Assembly: GCA_963787125.1 (NCBI GenBank)
Contig: CAWBBV010000007.1
Location: forward strand, 160,001-224,000
From: an uncultured delta proteobacterium
GTDB lineage: Bacteria > Desulfobacterota > Desulfuromonadia > Geobacterales > DSM-12255
Direction of reading: 5' to 3'
DNA length: 64,000 nucleotides
Positions 18,701 through 27,903 of the stretch are shown here, piece by piece. Each line of letters begins with the position of its first letter. Position 1 is the stretch's first letter. The notes under the pieces were generated by a model. It made no database searches. It was not told the origin of the DNA and saw only the letters and a list, made by a program, of their open reading frames with translations. The position numbers and the translations under genes were made by a program.

Positions 18701-21612
18701 TAATAGAAGTCGGTAAGCTTGCCGTTCGGGTCGGTTTTCTGTTTGATGACGCCGGTCGTGGAATCGTAGGTGTAAAGCCATTGACCGCCGTCTTTCTCGG
18801 TCAAGGTGGAAGTTCTGAGGGTGTCGCTCGTGGTCGGATAGACGATGGTGCGAGTCCGACCGTTTTGGTCGGTAGCGGTCTGCATCTTCTTGTCGGCATA
18901 ATAGCTGTACTGGGAAATATAGCCGTTCGGGTCGCGCTTGGTTTTAAGGGTGCCGTCGGTATAATACTGGTATTCCCAGTACCCCCGTGTCGCACCATAG
19001 GTGGCTGCTGGGTTCGTCACGCGATACAGGCTATTCCCTTGATAAGAGAAGTTGTACACACTACCAATAGGGTCGGTAACAGTGAGTATCCGGTGGGGAG
19101 TTGTTGACTGGTCATAGCCGATAGTTGCGACTCTCCCCGTCGAATCGGTGATGCTGGTCATGTCGCTGCCGGTATAGCCAATGGAAATTGCATTGCTGTA
19201 ACGGTCAGTAAGCGAGGTAATTTTACCGACAGAATCGAAATTGTATTTCGAACCATCGCGGAAGCTGATTGTATAGCTGTTGTCGCCATTCTTAACGAGC
19301 GTGGAGTAGTCGCCAGTTGGCGAAATATAGGTGCTACCAGATTTCGTGTAGTAGCGTTTGTCGCCGTTGCCGTTCTTGAGAATGACGGAGCCGTCTGCGT
19401 TCAGGGTCAACGAAATATCGTAACTGTGACTCCATCCTGTGCCAAGTGAACCGTTATAGGCGGGAAGACTCTTGTAGAGAAGGCTGATAGCAATATTCTG
19501 CATGCTGCCTTTTGTAGTGAAAAGCTCCTGGTCGTGGTCAACAACACCGGAGATTACGTTGGTGGTTGACAGGGTGCAAACATTTGGGTTGGCTCCTGAA
19601 CTGACACTGACAGGGTTATCGGCGCATTGCTGCATAGCACCGTTGGTGATTGTAGTTGAATACGAGTGAGACGCCGGAGGAGAGTTTTGGGTATCGGTAA
19701 CTTGTGCCATGAAGTTGAACTGCCCGACATCTGCCGGGATTCCGCTCAGCGATCCACTAGAAGATAAAGAAAGCCCCGCTGGAAGTGACCCGGAAATAAC
19801 CGACCATACCGGGTTGCCATTACCCCCTGATGCATACAACTGCTGGCTATAAGCAGTTCCTGACGTTCCGCTTGATATGGAGGGAGTTGTAATTGAAATG
19901 CTGGAGTAAATATCCAGAGACAATGACTGGGTTGTCGTTACAGGAGAACTCTGATTATCAGTTACCCTGACTACTAAGCTATAGTGACCACTGGATGTTG
20001 GGGTGCCGCTGATGGTGCCGTTTGAGTAGAGGGTTGTGTTTGTTGGTAGATTGCCGGCGTCGAGCGACCATGTGTAATTCCCGTTACCGCCTGTTGCTGC
20101 TAACGATTGGTAATAGGAAACGTTGTATGCACCGGCTGGCAGTGAAGTAGTGGTAATCTGCAATTGCGGGTATACATGTATGGTAAAAGGCTTGTTTGTC
20201 GTTATGGACGGGTTGTATTGGTCTGTGACCCTGACAGTGAACGAAGCATCGCCGGAACCCGATATAGTGCCGCTGATTACTCCTGTTGAAGAATTAAGAT
20301 AAAGACCGCTCGGGAGATTCCCTGAGTCCAGAGACCAGGTAAAGTTATTGCTTCCACCAGATGCAGACAAGGTCTGATTGTAGGAACTGCTCACATTCCC
20401 CGCTGGCAGAGAAGCTGTGATGATTGTCACCGAAGAATAAACAGAAATGTAGAACGTGTTATAACCTGTGAGTGGTTGGCTGTCTAGTACTTGAACTCTG
20501 AAATCATAACTGCCAGTGGACGTTGGTGTTCCGCTGATTACCCCTGTTGTGGGGTCTAAGTAGAGACCCGGCGGAAGATTACGAAATTGCCAATAAGCAT
20601 CGCCATTCCAGATAGACCAAGAATAAGGCGTTAATCCACCGTTAGCTTGCAAGGCAGTCGCAAGATATGGCACCCCTAAGTCTGCATTAGGTAAAGAACT
20701 GGTGGTTATGGTGAGAGGGGCCGGTTGCACCACATAGTCAATGACTGTAGTCGCATCATTGTCAACACCAGTCGAAGTCCTCGCAGCTGCTTCAAATTTG
20801 TAGTTTCCAGGGGGAGTGTTTGCAGGCATTGTCCAGTCGCGTACTGTCTGTCCATAGATACATGCGTCCGGACACGACGAACCATATGTGTACCAGTTTG
20901 ACCACCATGAGCCGTAATCCAGCACAGTACTCCAAGAGTTGCCACCATCACTGGAAAGTCTGAATCGATACTGTTTCGGAGTACAACTGCCCGATCCTTG
21001 GGCAGAAAATGTAACATCACTCCCTGCAACATGGGGGCTAGGATTGCCATTGTTGTAAATGTCAACGCTGGTTACGCGGTCTAGCGGGGCACCTGAACTA
21101 AAAAAGGCAGTTACTGTCTTGTCGCTATCCATTCGTACATAACAAATAGCGTTTTTGTAAGAATCGCCACGGTAAGGGGCACATGATCCGCTTGTCGCAT
21201 AGCAGGGGCCAGTCCACCCATTGAAACTTGTATATGGTGGAACAACCGCTTCTATACCCACAGTGGTATCTTCAAGAATTTCTTCCGTGCCAAAGGGTGT
21301 TACTGAACCACTTCCCGTCCCGGATTTATTGACAGTCAAGGAATAATAGATGCCTGAATCTGCGAGGCAAATATATCCATAATTTCCTATACACATCCCC
21401 GAGTCTGTTTCCTGCGTATCGCCATAATTATTTTCGCAAACATAAACGCCATCCCAAGCATTTTGGCATGCCGGGTGATTGGGGTCTCCCCAATAACTCA
21501 AAGGGTAGCGAACCAGCCCGAAACTGACTGAAGCAAAGAGAAAAATGCAAGTAAACATCACGGTGCCGAATATAGATAGTGTCCGTAACTTTTTTAAATC
21601 AATACGCATCAT
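15772..21612 (-). CDS. Rhs/YD-repeat polymorphic toxin with signal peptide, N-terminal Ig-like repeats and C-terminal PD-(D/E)xK nuclease-like tip (Tox-REase-7-like)
   Basis: Four ITT.SLP..GG..WS..G.LP.GL..ISG repeats; YD repeats; YxYDPFGRR, YHADGLGS, TGREYD, YIDPFG; tip G..FE / D / EIK / YQLR. Confidence 0.9.
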   Translation of the reverse strand: MMRIDLKKLRTLSIFGTVMFTCIFLFASVSFGLVRYPLSYWGDPNHPACQNAWDGVYVCENNYGDTQETDSGMCIGNYGYICLADSGIYYSLTVNKSGTGSGSVTPFGTEEILEDTTVGIEAVVPPYTSFNGWTGPCYATSGSCAPYRGDSYKNAICYVRMDSDKTVTAFFSSGAPLDRVTSVDIYNNGNPSPHVAGSDVTFSAQGSGSCTPKQYRFRLSSDGGNSWSTVLDYGSWWSNWYTYGSSCPDACIYGQTVRDWTMPANTPPGNYKFEAAARTSTGVDNDATTVIDYVVQPAPLTITTSSLPNADLGVPYLATALQANGGLTPYSWSIWNGDAYWQFRNLPPGLYLDPTTGVISGTPTSTGSYDFRVQVLDSQPLTGYNTFYISVYSSVTIITASLPAGNVSSSYNQTLSASGGSNNFTWSLDSGNLPSGLYLNSSTGVISGTISGSGDASFTVRVTDQYNPSITTNKPFTIHVYPQLQITTTSLPAGAYNVSYYQSLAATGGNGNYTWSLDAGNLPTNTTLYSNGTISGTPTSSGHYSLVVRVTDNQSSPVTTTQSLSLDIYSSISITTPSISSGTSGTAYSQQLYASGGNGNPVWSVISGSLPAGLSLSSSGSLSGIPADVGQFNFMAQVTDTQNSPPASHSYSTTITNGAMQQCADNPVSVSSGANPNVCTLSTTNVISGVVDHDQELFTTKGSMQNIAISLLYKSLPAYNGSLGTGWSHSYDISLTLNADGSVILKNGNGDKRYYTKSGSTYISPTGDYSTLVKNGDNSYTISFRDGSKYNFDSVGKITSLTDRYSNAISIGYTGSDMTSITDSTGRVATIGYDQSTTPHRILTVTDPIGSVYNFSYQGNSLYRVTNPAATYGATRGYWEYQYYTDGTLKTKRDPNGYISQYSYYADKKMQTATDQNGRTRTIVYPTTSDTLRTSTLTEKDGGQWLYTYDSTTGVIKQKTDPNGKLTDFYYYANGLVKAKTEPKDGATRLTTFYKFDAYGNLEIETDPVDVSTYSPAIDPDAVTDVATLASRTPPIKAARHYSYDYDNLPGHYDRINNIADKRGATTISTSFAYSTENGGEVVTATSTPGNYTTTTSHITVTKKNSNGSISQTVDANTKTTSFTYYPNSAAGCTAPYVGLLCTVTDPAGINTAVTSYDNNGNSLIIKLKDSSGAIKLTSTQQYDALNRIIKVTKTTATFPDNVTQYGYDLAGNLTSSIDAEQHETKYEYNFNRQVKKIIDAKLNETIFIYSGSELNGIDKLVAVYDANVAKNTPFTSQPHTVYQYDHLGRLDAETDPLGKKLHYTYYDNGPLKEKYDATASTPGTLLVTYTYNNRGQITDKSFTDGTYEHYTYTAIGQLETASNQNIGYTYSYYNDGRLLSVTDTNSNVVRYDQYDGNGQRNGVTYLPGTADQRSIGYDYDNANRPAHIYSNAGMFTYSYDTLGRRDILTYPNYTRADWTFDDLGRLTSIIHYKNTYHHSTFGGNYYSYDPFAAYYYTHDQVGNRLTKTGTVNETYGYDELYRLLSVTTTKSEAFTYDAAGNRLTGPSASDTTYKSNAANQIIQGRKLTYGYDNHGNQATKTVPSATDKTWIRTWDLNNRLTKEEKVKGTEVKTVTYKYDPFGRRIEKKFVQTKSGVTETETTNYVYDKEDIVVEYFTTAGVTEKTFVTHGHGIDEPLAMERNGQYFYYHADGLGSITNITVQSFLPFPVQSYTYDAYGMAAASTDFRNSYQHTGREYDWETGTLYMRERTRDLIDGNFISKDPIAFQSGDANFYRYVGSNVQNYIDPFGLSEFTPDTPANISRFPSGGGGISINSGNLSARCGGSPSQLTAGQAFETQQLSALNATKNTKVWRPSAAQAESASFRIVVGEPKRTPTGALKGTILDSTQNGLLEIKGGSSTLDSSYQLRMQVYRSVIENNALTIQTTRPINPTFENYLLGWGVNVK

Positions 21613-21687
21613 TGGAACCTCAATTGCTTAGTCTTGCCAGAACAGGTGTCTATCTTGAATTCTCTGGAAACCAAAGAGTGAAAATTC

Positions 21688-22227
21688 TCAGTGAACCTTT
21701 ATCGGTATGAATTTATCGATTTGCGTTCTTTCACCATGCATTGCTTCACATGGGCTTTCATTTTGGACATCAGTTTTCCCGCAAAAAAGATGGACTACAA
21801 TTTCGTATTGCTTAGTTGTGTCTGTTGGTGCGGAATAAATGACCCGCCAAGCGCGTTTAGTTGTATCGTATACGACTGGTACGCGCTCCCCCTTAATCTT
21901 GGGAAGTGCAAAGAAGGTTGCTGCTACATAAAAGCCATTCTCTTCGGTTACTTCCAATATGTTAGATTTCCCCTGAACATAAAAATTGATTGCTTCCCCC
22001 GCATTATATGTTTCTTGAATCCCGTTAATAGTCAAAAACTCATAGCGTTCAGATGATTTCCATTTATTACGTTCAATCTTCGTAGCCGCAGAGCTAGTTA
22101 CTGTGTTGGGGAGAGATGCCAGAAAATCGCTAGAAAGGGGAGCATGGTCAGGAGCGGCGGCAAGGACGGAGGAATGCGAGGCGATTACAAATAGTGAAAT
22201 GATAAATACCATAATCAACTTTCTCAT
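21688..22227 (-). CDS. Hypothetical exported protein upstream of rhs
   Basis: Signal peptide MRKLIMV..VLA, AAGGAG SD. Confidence 0.6.
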   Translation of the reverse strand: MRKLIMVFIISLFVIASHSSVLAAAPDHAPLSSDFLASLPNTVTSSAATKIERNKWKSSERYEFLTINGIQETYNAGEAINFYVQGKSNILEVTEENGFYVAATFFALPKIKGERVPVVYDTTKRAWRVIYSAPTDTTKQYEIVVHLFCGKTDVQNESPCEAMHGERTQIDKFIPIKVH

Positions 22228-22458
22228 GGGATGCTCCTTGGCTGGAAACTCATTAGATTTTTTGCTATGGGAAATTGTTCAGGTTTGAGATAACAACCGG
22301 GCAGAATACTGTCATGCTTAAAAGTAGCGGTCAGGAAACTGCGGCTGGTTACGTGCATTTCTCTTTTCAAAAACGCCCCCGTTATAACCACCAATTCATT
22401 AAGCACGAGAAATTAGCACAGTAAAATCAACGCATATTTGCATTATGGTAAGTTTGTG

Positions 22459-22710
22459 TCAAGAGATAGCCAGGTGTTGAGTATCTTTGATTAATCTCTT
22501 CTTCGGCACCCTCTGAACCCCAGTCACTCCCCTGATTGTCTCTAACAGAGCTTCACAGCTGAAAGGCTTGCCAATAACTTTTGCGACTCCAGCCCTTTTT
22601 GCCATGAGTGGAATTTCAGATGAAATGTTGCCAGTCATCAGGGCAACTGGCATGTCAGGCGCTAAGACAGCGGCTTGGCTGCGTTTCAGGCTTTCGGAAC
22701 TCGCTGACAA
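22459..22710 (-). pseudogene. C-terminal half of a response-regulator receiver domain
   Basis: PVALMTG...AGVAKVIGKPFS motif; acidic pocket and phospho-Asp half missing. Confidence 0.55.
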
Positions 22711-22872
22711 ATTTCCATCTCAATATCCTGAACTGGAATGGATTAAAGCGGCGTCACTTTATAACTAAAAGGCTAAATCAACAAGCTTAATATATGCTAT
22801 GGCATTATTTTATGATGTATATATATGTCACAGCATATTATATGAAGTCGATTAATCCCGTATGCTCACGGC

Positions 22873-23223
22873 ATGAAAAGTGCTGATTTACTTAAATCTC
22901 TTGGGGGACGGATAAGGACAATCCGGAAAGAGCATAATGTAACGCAAGAGCGCCTTGCGGAGCTGGCGGACTTGAATCTCAGCTACATGAGTGAAATCGA
23001 GAGAGGACATGCAAACGTATCACTCTGTATCGTCAACTCTATAGCTGAAGCTCTTGGAATATCTATTGCGGAGCTATTAGTAGGAATTTCGAATGGTAAA
23101 GCTAGTGAAGACTTTTGGGTGTTGCTCCAGCAGGTACAGACTCTTGATGAAAAACAGCAGCGAATCTTTGTTAAAGCCGCGAGGGGAGTTTTTTCAGGGA
23201 TTCAAGATGTGAGTGTCAATTAA
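22873..23223 (+). CDS. XRE-family HTH transcriptional regulator
   Basis: LGGRIRTIRK..TQERLAE...SYMSEIERG..NVSL. Confidence 0.9.
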   Translation: MKSADLLKSLGGRIRTIRKEHNVTQERLAELADLNLSYMSEIERGHANVSLCIVNSIAEALGISIAELLVGISNGKASEDFWVLLQQVQTLDEKQQRIFVKAARGVFSGIQDVSVN

Positions 23224-23409
23224 TAGCTTTATCTGCGGCCTGCTGAGTTGTAAACCATAAATCCTCCCAGTAAATATCTTCTATTCTAGGCTGTCTCGCT
23301 CTACACCATGTTCAAGAATTAGCCGAAAACAATTGCCAAAGTATATTGTCAGCCTACCTAAAAAAACAACAAGTTATCCGGTTTTGGGTGCTACTTGCTG
23401 CCGAAAAAG

Positions 23410-24240
23410 TTAGCGCCCCTGCGAACGAAAAACTCTTCTCCAGGCCAGCGCCAGTATAAGCAGCACAATATTGAGCATTACGATGACGCCACCGCTGGGG
23501 AGGTTGAGGCTGAACGAGAGAAGGATTCCGCAGAACACGGAGAAGGCGGAAAAGAGTGCTGCGAGGATTATGGTCAGTCTGAAGCTTCTGGCAACCTGGA
23601 GGGCGGTCACCGGCGGGATGATGAGGAGTGCCGACACCAGCAGGATCCCGACCAGTTTCATGGCCAAAACGACTGTCAGCGCCGTTAAAAGCGCCAGGAG
23701 AGAGTTGATCCGCTCGACCTTTATGCCGCTGCTTCTGGCCAGCTCTTCATCAAAGGTTATGGCAAAGAGCCGGTTGTAGTTGACAATGACGGTGGTGATG
23801 ACAATGCAGAAAAGCACTGCTGCTAAAATTGTTTCATTGCTGCTGACGGCGAGAATATTGCCGAACAGGTAACTGAACAGTTCCACATTGAAACCACCGG
23901 TCGCTCCGGCAATGATGATCCCGCCGGCAATCCCTGCCGCAGAAACAATACCGATAGCCGCATCGCCGTAGATCCGCGCTTTTTCAGTCAGCTTGAGGAT
24001 GCCGAGGGAAGAGAGGAGCACCACGGGCAGTGCCGCCAGGGTAACGTATGTCGGCTGGGCTTTGAGTGACAGGGCCAGAGCCACACTGCCGAAAGTGACA
24101 TGGGCCAGGCCGTCTCCGATCAGGGACAGGCGCCGCAGGACCAGAAAAACACCAAGAACTGCGCAGAGAATTCCGACCAGAAGTCCGGAGACCAGCGCCC
24201 GCTGCATGAAGCTGTAGGAAAATATTTCGGTAAGGAGCAT
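23410..24240 (-). CDS. znuB: Zn/Mn ABC transporter permease
   Basis: LRRLSLIGDGLAH, YLFGNIL, VGILLVSALLIIP. Confidence 0.88.
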   Translation of the reverse strand: MLLTEIFSYSFMQRALVSGLLVGILCAVLGVFLVLRRLSLIGDGLAHVTFGSVALALSLKAQPTYVTLAALPVVLLSSLGILKLTEKARIYGDAAIGIVSAAGIAGGIIIAGATGGFNVELFSYLFGNILAVSSNETILAAVLFCIVITTVIVNYNRLFAITFDEELARSSGIKVERINSLLALLTALTVVLAMKLVGILLVSALLIIPPVTALQVARSFRLTIILAALFSAFSVFCGILLSFSLNLPSGGVIVMLNIVLLILALAWRRVFRSQGR

Positions 24241-24353
24241 AAGGTCGAAGTCGATATTCAGTAGTTGGAGTAATTGGAATAATTGGAGAAACAGTTAACC
24301 ATAAAGTGCTGGAAGAAACACGAAGAAAAGCTCAAAGGCTTGCCATCTTGGTT

Positions 24354-24719
24354 TTAAAGTTTATGATTTGCCCCCGGCAGCATTCCAAGGACTTCTGAAA
24401 TTGCCTGATAAACAAGGGCCATTGCCGACTCCTCAAGGCAAAGCAGTGGGCCATCGATCAGGCGTTTATTATCGATGGCGCGGAGTTGATCAACGAGCAG
24501 ATCTGAATCTTTACTTAAGCCATCCCTGGCGGCAATGCGCAAGCGGAGCGGTTCGGCATCATCAATGAGATTGGTAGTGAGGGGGAGAATAAGCGTAGAG
24601 GGGTGCCCGGCATCAAGCAGCGCCTGATTTTGCAGGATCAGGACAGGTCTTGTTTTGCCCGGTTCAGAGCCTCGCCCCGGGTTAAGGTTGGCCAGCCAGA
24701 CTTCGCCATGATTAAGCAT
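24354..24719 (-). CDS. MazF/PemK-family toxin
   Basis: GEVWLANLNPGRGSEPGKTRPVLILQ, PLTT, DQLRAIDNKRL. Confidence 0.9.
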   Translation of the reverse strand: MLNHGEVWLANLNPGRGSEPGKTRPVLILQNQALLDAGHPSTLILPLTTNLIDDAEPLRLRIAARDGLSKDSDLLVDQLRAIDNKRLIDGPLLCLEESAMALVYQAISEVLGMLPGANHKL

Positions 24720-24948
24720 GGGGTGCGTCCTCTATTTTGCTGAACTCGGCATTTACCCGCATGCTTTCAGCCCGTACCTTCAAGCTGACCTCCATGAGTC
24801 TTGCCCGGCGACGCTGGGCGGCAACTGTCATGTTCATCTGCTCCAGGGCTTTGCGCACGTAAGCCGCCCTCGGGATCTGCATCTCACCGGCATACATGTC
24901 AATCTCATGCAGCAGTTCATCAGGAAGTCGTAACGATAGCGTAGTCAT
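24712..24948 (-). CDS. RHH/CopG antitoxin of the MazF toxin
   Basis: MTTLSLRLPDELL RHH start; overlaps the toxin. Confidence 0.85.
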   Translation of the reverse strand: MTTLSLRLPDELLHEIDMYAGEMQIPRAAYVRKALEQMNMTVAAQRRRARLMEVSLKVRAESMRVNAEFSKIEDAPHA

Positions 24949-25170
24949 GTGTGTAGTCCTTTTTGTAGCTCACAATCAAATACTAAGGCAACTACATGAT
25001 TATGTCAATTCTACGTTACAGTCATCAATACGGTTCAAAGCTGACCTCTTTAACTTTATTTGCTGACGAGGAGATCATGAGCCACCGGCTTCAAATCGAT
25101 CTTATAAATCAGTTGACCAGTCTGGATGAGGCGTTATAATGAAAAGCAAGAATAATAAAGGAGTTTTTAC

Positions 25171-25404
25171 ATGGCTGTACATAAAACGCGGTTAACTTAT
25201 AATGATGTAGTCGCAACCTTGCCAACCTTGGCGCCTGACGAACAATTAAATTTGCTTGAGCTTTTGTCGTCTGTTTTGAAGAAGGCGATGCAACCCAGAG
25301 TGAAGCGGCATACTCTCCTTGAACTTGAGGGTTTGGGAGCTGATATGTGGTCAAAAGTGAATGTTGTGGATTATGTCCGTCAGGAACGTGACTCATGGAA
25401 TTAA
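25171..25404 (+). CDS. Putative antitoxin of the PIN toxin
   Basis: 77 aa, ends LEGLGADMW..YVRQERDSW, overlaps the PIN gene. Confidence 0.75.
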   Translation: MAVHKTRLTYNDVVATLPTLAPDEQLNLLELLSSVLKKAMQPRVKRHTLLELEGLGADMWSKVNVVDYVRQERDSWN

Positions 25405-25868
25405 GCAAGCTGTTGCGGGGAAAGATCATTTTTCTTGATACAGCGCCGTTGATTTACTTCATCGAAAAAAACATCCGCTACATTGAGGTCGTAAAGCCGA
25501 TAATTGCACTTATCGATTCCCAGCAAGCAAAAGGAATGACCTCAACTATTACTTTGCTGGAGGTATTAGTCCTTCCTCTGCGTGAGGGAAACAAAAAGCT
25601 TGCTGATAAATACAAAACCATACTGCTTTCATCAAGTGATCTTGAAACTTGCGAGATTTCTAACGCTATTTCTGAGCGAGCTGCTGTTATTCGAGCAAAA
25701 TACGGATTCAAGACGCCAGACTCTATCCAACTTGCAACGGCAATCTTTCGCAAGGCAGATTATTTCCTGACCAATGATACTGCTTTGAAACAGTTAAAGG
25801 AAATCAAGGTCATCGTCCTTGAAGATTATCTGGCAAGCAACCTCTCCAGACCCTCCCGAAAAGAGTAA
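25395..25868 (+). CDS. vapC: PIN-domain (VapC) toxin
   Basis: FLDTAPLIY, TLLE, PDSIQLATA, TND. Confidence 0.88.
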   Translation: MELSKLLRGKIIFLDTAPLIYFIEKNIRYIEVVKPIIALIDSQQAKGMTSTITLLEVLVLPLREGNKKLADKYKTILLSSSDLETCEISNAISERAAVIRAKYGFKTPDSIQLATAIFRKADYFLTNDTALKQLKEIKVIVLEDYLASNLSRPSRKE

Positions 25869-26218
25869 ATATTCATCCACAAATACAGTATAAAAATTGC
25901 GCCGGTCAGATTGCACATTTATTCACTTATTGAGACAAATGCCCCCCCCGCGTCAAGCGATCCCCACAGTATTCATTCCAAGAACACCTGCACCTGTCTG
26001 TCCCCGATTTCAATCATGAACTCGCGACATAGCTTCCTCGCTGAATCTTATGGTTGAGGATAGTCATATAGTCATGACAATGATTCTGTAAAGACATTCA
26101 ACAGTTTTTTGGGTAAGGTAGAGAGCTTGATTCTGCTTGTTGATAAGTGCCGCAGCAGAGGCGAACATTTTCCCCCGTGAAGATTTCTAATAAACGCATT
26201 CAGTTCCAGGAGGGTTTA

Positions 26219-27874
26219 ATGGGAGAGTTGGTGAAAGCGGGATCGCTCGGGTCTATCCTTTTGAATTCACAGATAATTACCGAGGAACATATTGCTGCAG
26301 CTCTTGCGGAACAGCAGCGCGGCAGCTGCCGGTTTGGCGAGGCGCTTGTAAGATTGGGCGTCGTTGCACAGGAGGATATCGATTGGGCGCTTTCCAATCA
26401 GCTCAATATCCCCTATGTAAGGCTGAAGCGGGAGCTGATTGACCCTGCTGCAGTTGAGCTGCTCCCCGGGAATATCTGCCGCCGTTATGGAATCATGCCG
26501 ATTATCTGTTGCGGTAATGAACTTTCCGTTGCCATGACCGATCCGTTGAATCAAGAAGCCATCAACGCCATAGAGGAGCTCACCGGCTGTACTGTTTCCG
26601 TTTCTGTTGCCCTGATCAGAGAGTTGCGGGAGATGCAGGCCTTTTTTTACGGGCCGCTGGAAGACGGCGAATCGCTGGAATTCTGTTCGGAACTTTTCCC
26701 TGAAGCTGCCAGGGTCAATATCAATGCAGATCTCACCGGCGCAAAGCTGATTGATTACCTGCTTGGCTATATGGTGCAGCAGAATCTTGCCGCGCTGTCA
26801 TTGCAGCCGGTGGGAGTAGTCTGCCGAATCATGGCCAGAAAGAAAAAGGGGGGGCGCGAGGTAGGATCATTTCCGCTGGATCGACTCCCACCGATACAAC
26901 AGCGCCTGCGGCGCATGGCAGGGGTGGACGGGTCGGTCAGATCAGGCAGCGGCACGCTCTCCTGCCACTATCGGGGGACGGAGTTGGCAACCCAGGCTCT
27001 TTTCCTCGCCGTGGCCGGCGGAGATATGATCACCATCCGCCGCCAGGTGTTGGCAACTTTTCCTGCCACCATCGATGATTTTATCACCAGCGATGAAGAC
27101 AGGCGTTTGCTGCGCGAGTTAATATCACTTGATCGCGGCATCGTTCTTTGTGCTGCCAGCGATACGATTGATCGCGACCGGCTGATAGATCTTTATCTTG
27201 ATGAGCACGGGTCCAAGGGGCAGGGGGTGATGCTCTTTGGAGCGGGGATTGGCAGGGGACGGCTCCAGTTTCCACGGATCGAAGGAAAAGATCTGCCGTC
27301 GAGCGACTTCTCCTCGCTTTTGGCGACAATTCTGGAACACGATCCGGACGTCATTGCCATTGAAGATGCTGGTGATGAGCAGCTGATGCTGGGAGCAGGC
27401 AAAGCCGCTCTCAGAGGGAAACTGGTGGTGGCAGGAGTCCCGGGCAGCGACCTTGCGACCCTGTTTGACTACCTTGGTCATCTTTGGCGGCAGCACCACT
27501 TTATACCCGATTATCTGTCAGGGATCATTACCTGTCGCGGAGTTTTGCTGCTCTGCCCCGATTGTCGGGAACAGTACACCCCTTCTGCTGAAGAGATGAT
27601 TGCCATGGGTTTGGCTAAGTTGCCGCAGGAGTTTTTTAAAGCAACCGGCTGCAGTGCGTGCGGTCATACCGGATTTGCCGCCAGGAAATATCTGCTGGAG
27701 GTTATCCCTTTGTCCGCCGATATCCTCGACTGTCTGGAAAGAGCTCGTGATGGCCGGGAGATGGTACAGTTTCTGAATGACAGGGGGCTCAGGGATGTCC
27801 GCACGATGGGACTTGCTCTCCTTGATTCCGGCGAGATATCGCCGCCCGAGTTCATTTCGTCACTGGTTCTCTGA
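26219..27874 (+). CDS. PilB/GspE-like protein with MshEN-type N-terminus and degenerate ATPase motifs
   Basis: LGSILL..Q / RFGEALV..G repeats, AMTDP, HDPDVIAI, CPDC..CSAC; no GxxGxGK(T/S). Confidence 0.8.
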   Translation: MGELVKAGSLGSILLNSQIITEEHIAAALAEQQRGSCRFGEALVRLGVVAQEDIDWALSNQLNIPYVRLKRELIDPAAVELLPGNICRRYGIMPIICCGNELSVAMTDPLNQEAINAIEELTGCTVSVSVALIRELREMQAFFYGPLEDGESLEFCSELFPEAARVNINADLTGAKLIDYLLGYMVQQNLAALSLQPVGVVCRIMARKKKGGREVGSFPLDRLPPIQQRLRRMAGVDGSVRSGSGTLSCHYRGTELATQALFLAVAGGDMITIRRQVLATFPATIDDFITSDEDRRLLRELISLDRGIVLCAASDTIDRDRLIDLYLDEHGSKGQGVMLFGAGIGRGRLQFPRIEGKDLPSSDFSSLLATILEHDPDVIAIEDAGDEQLMLGAGKAALRGKLVVAGVPGSDLATLFDYLGHLWRQHHFIPDYLSGIITCRGVLLLCPDCREQYTPSAEEMIAMGLAKLPQEFFKATGCSACGHTGFAARKYLLEVIPLSADILDCLERARDGREMVQFLNDRGLRDVRTMGLALLDSGEISPPEFISSLVL

Positions 27875-27903
27875 TAATAACTACGACTGGAGATCTTATT
27901 CAT

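Noticed and set aside
10387..23409. att-like direct repeats or integrase bounding the Rhs island
   Set aside because: No flanking repeat, tRNA or recombinase seen
26147..26218. Longer GTG start for the PilB-like gene
   Set aside because: ATG 26219 has a GGAGG SD and begins the MshEN-like motif
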